64,000 nucleotides of DNA from an uncultured Bacteroidales bacterium (lineage in GTDB: Bacteria > Bacteroidota > Bacteroidia > Bacteroidales > UBA10428). The stretch lies in NCBI GenBank assembly GCA_963822145.1, contig CAWGGG010000005.1:221899-285898 (forward strand), read 5' to 3'. Shown here piece after piece: positions 63,077 to 64,000 of this stretch (positions are counted from its first letter, which is position 1; each line of letters starts with the position of its first letter). The position numbers and the translations under genes are program-made. The notes below the pieces were generated by a model that was given only the letters and a program-made list of their open reading frames with translations, made no database searches and was not told the DNA's origin.

Positions 63077-64000
63077 CTATAAGTTCCTCTTATACCTGTA
63101 AGTTGGCTTTGGATAGCCGGGGCTGATACTCCTGATTCTGTTTATTCTTACCTGAATATGGTTATTGGTAATCTTATCAAGGGTGTTTACAAATACGTTT
63201 TGAAGTTCTTCAGGCGACATCTCCACACGGGCATTCACGATCATCTCAGCATTGTTACCCGAACCGGCAGACCAGCGGTAAGTAAGGGTTTCTGCCCGGC
63301 CGGTCAGATTGGCGGAAATGTACTGATCCCCGTTTTCCACCATCATTTTCACATGGCCAACGGGCGAATTTTTACCATCAAATATTTCGGACATGGCTAG
63401 CATAAACCTTCGTGCAAATTCATCCCAGTCTGTTTCATTGCCTGACAATGAAGCGGAACAATTTAGCCAGCCCAGAACAGCCTCTCCCTCAGCATATTTG
63501 TCGTAATCCATATCCACAATGTGTTTACCGGCCTCTTCCTCGGATAATACATATTCAAGCCAGCCATCGATTCCTTCACCGGTTTTTGCACTGATGGCCC
63601 TGATTTCGCAATCCGGAAAATTCTCTTTTAACCTTACGGACAATTCAGCGATTTCCACTGGTGGATAAAGATCAGTTTTTGTAATGACTATGATATCGCT
63701 TTCTTCAAGTTGTTTTTTAATAATATAGGCAGCCGCAGGATGCAGCCCTGCCGTACCGCCGTCCAGGATGTCTTTCAGCCGGCCGGGATCAACAAGAACG
63801 GTTAAAGGGCTCACCGACACCTCTGTTTTCATCATATCTTTAATCGGATTGATCAGGGTGGCCGATAAATCGGTACAGCTGCCAACAGGCTCTGCTAATA
63901 TTATATCTGTTTTCTGCGGTTGGCCAACCCTGTCAATTGCCTTGCGTAATCCTTTGAAATCGCAACAAAAACAACTTCCTGACACTTCAGCTATGTTGAT
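63077..64000 (-). CDS. P-loop GTPase-like protein, G3E (CobW/HypB/UreG-like) family; N-terminus beyond window end
   Basis: SGSCFCCDF (GCxCC-like metal motif), EPVGSCTDL and ITKTDL (NKxD-like). The reading frame stays open to position 64000 (the track start at 63985 is GTG). Confidence 0.45.
   Translation of the reverse strand: MNIAEVSGSCFCCDFKGLRKAIDRVGQPQKTDIILAEPVGSCTDLSATLINPIKDMMKTEVSVSPLTVLVDPGRLKDILDGGTAGLHPAAAYIIKKQLEESDIIVITKTDLYPPVEIAELSVRLKENFPDCEIRAISAKTGEGIDGWLEYVLSEEEAGKHIVDMDYDKYAEGEAVLGWLNCSASLSGNETDWDEFARRFMLAMSEIFDGKNSPVGHVKMMVENGDQYISANLTGRAETLTYRWSAGSGNNAEMIVNARVEMSPEELQNVFVNTLDKITNNHIQVRINRIRSISPGYPKPTYRYKRNL

Noticed and set aside
1-64000. The window, or its 5-14 kb accessory block, being a prophage, ICE or transposon-borne island.
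   Set aside because: I recognised no integrase, transposase, relaxase, phage structural gene or flanking tRNA. Only non-autonomous repeat elements are visible.

Overview
This is a 64-kb chromosomal segment with Bacteroidota hallmarks. These include T9SS-type C-terminal sorting domains, GH97/GH78/GH130 glycosidases, LytS/LytTR and sigma-54 two-component systems, TAnnTTTG-like -7 boxes and tight gene packing without obvious Shine-Dalgarno sites. I support about 55 protein-coding genes. Housekeeping genes are xseA/xseB, dnaK, panB and an RluA-family pseudouridine synthase. An accessory redox/hydrolase block lies at 4-14 kb. A GH97 gene and a GntP permease follow. A sigma-54 response regulator/histidine kinase pair sits divergent from a HlyD / ABC-ATPase / 97-aa / TolC operon that has no permease gene. 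An L-rhamnose cluster (AraC regulator, rhaT, rhaA, FGGY kinase, GH130, GH78) is bracketed by two LytS/LytTR pairs. Further along are a Pif1/RecD-like helicase and an ABC ATPase + frameshifted COG0701 permease + 1106-aa FtsX permease, followed by a PQQ-propeller protein, a GT4 glycosyltransferase and a partial G3E-like GTPase. I recognised no rRNA, tRNA, CRISPR, transposase or integrase. Two things stand out. (1) The operon at 28.3-31.7 kb couples an ArsM-like methyltransferase, a 32-codon Lys/Cys-rich ORF absent from the ORF track, a radical-SAM/SPASM enzyme with maturase-type architecture, and a thioredoxin-thioredoxin reductase fusion. It is a candidate undescribed RiPP or peptide-scaffolded metalloid-methylation system. 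(2) At least a dozen intergenic spacers are filled with locus-specific 7-9-nt tandem arrays. Many start at the upstream stop codon and are arranged as inverted pairs that could fold into long hairpins. Several REP/MITE-like palindromic elements, three frameshifts and gene remnants are also present. All functional calls rest on motif recognition by eye; no database search was run.
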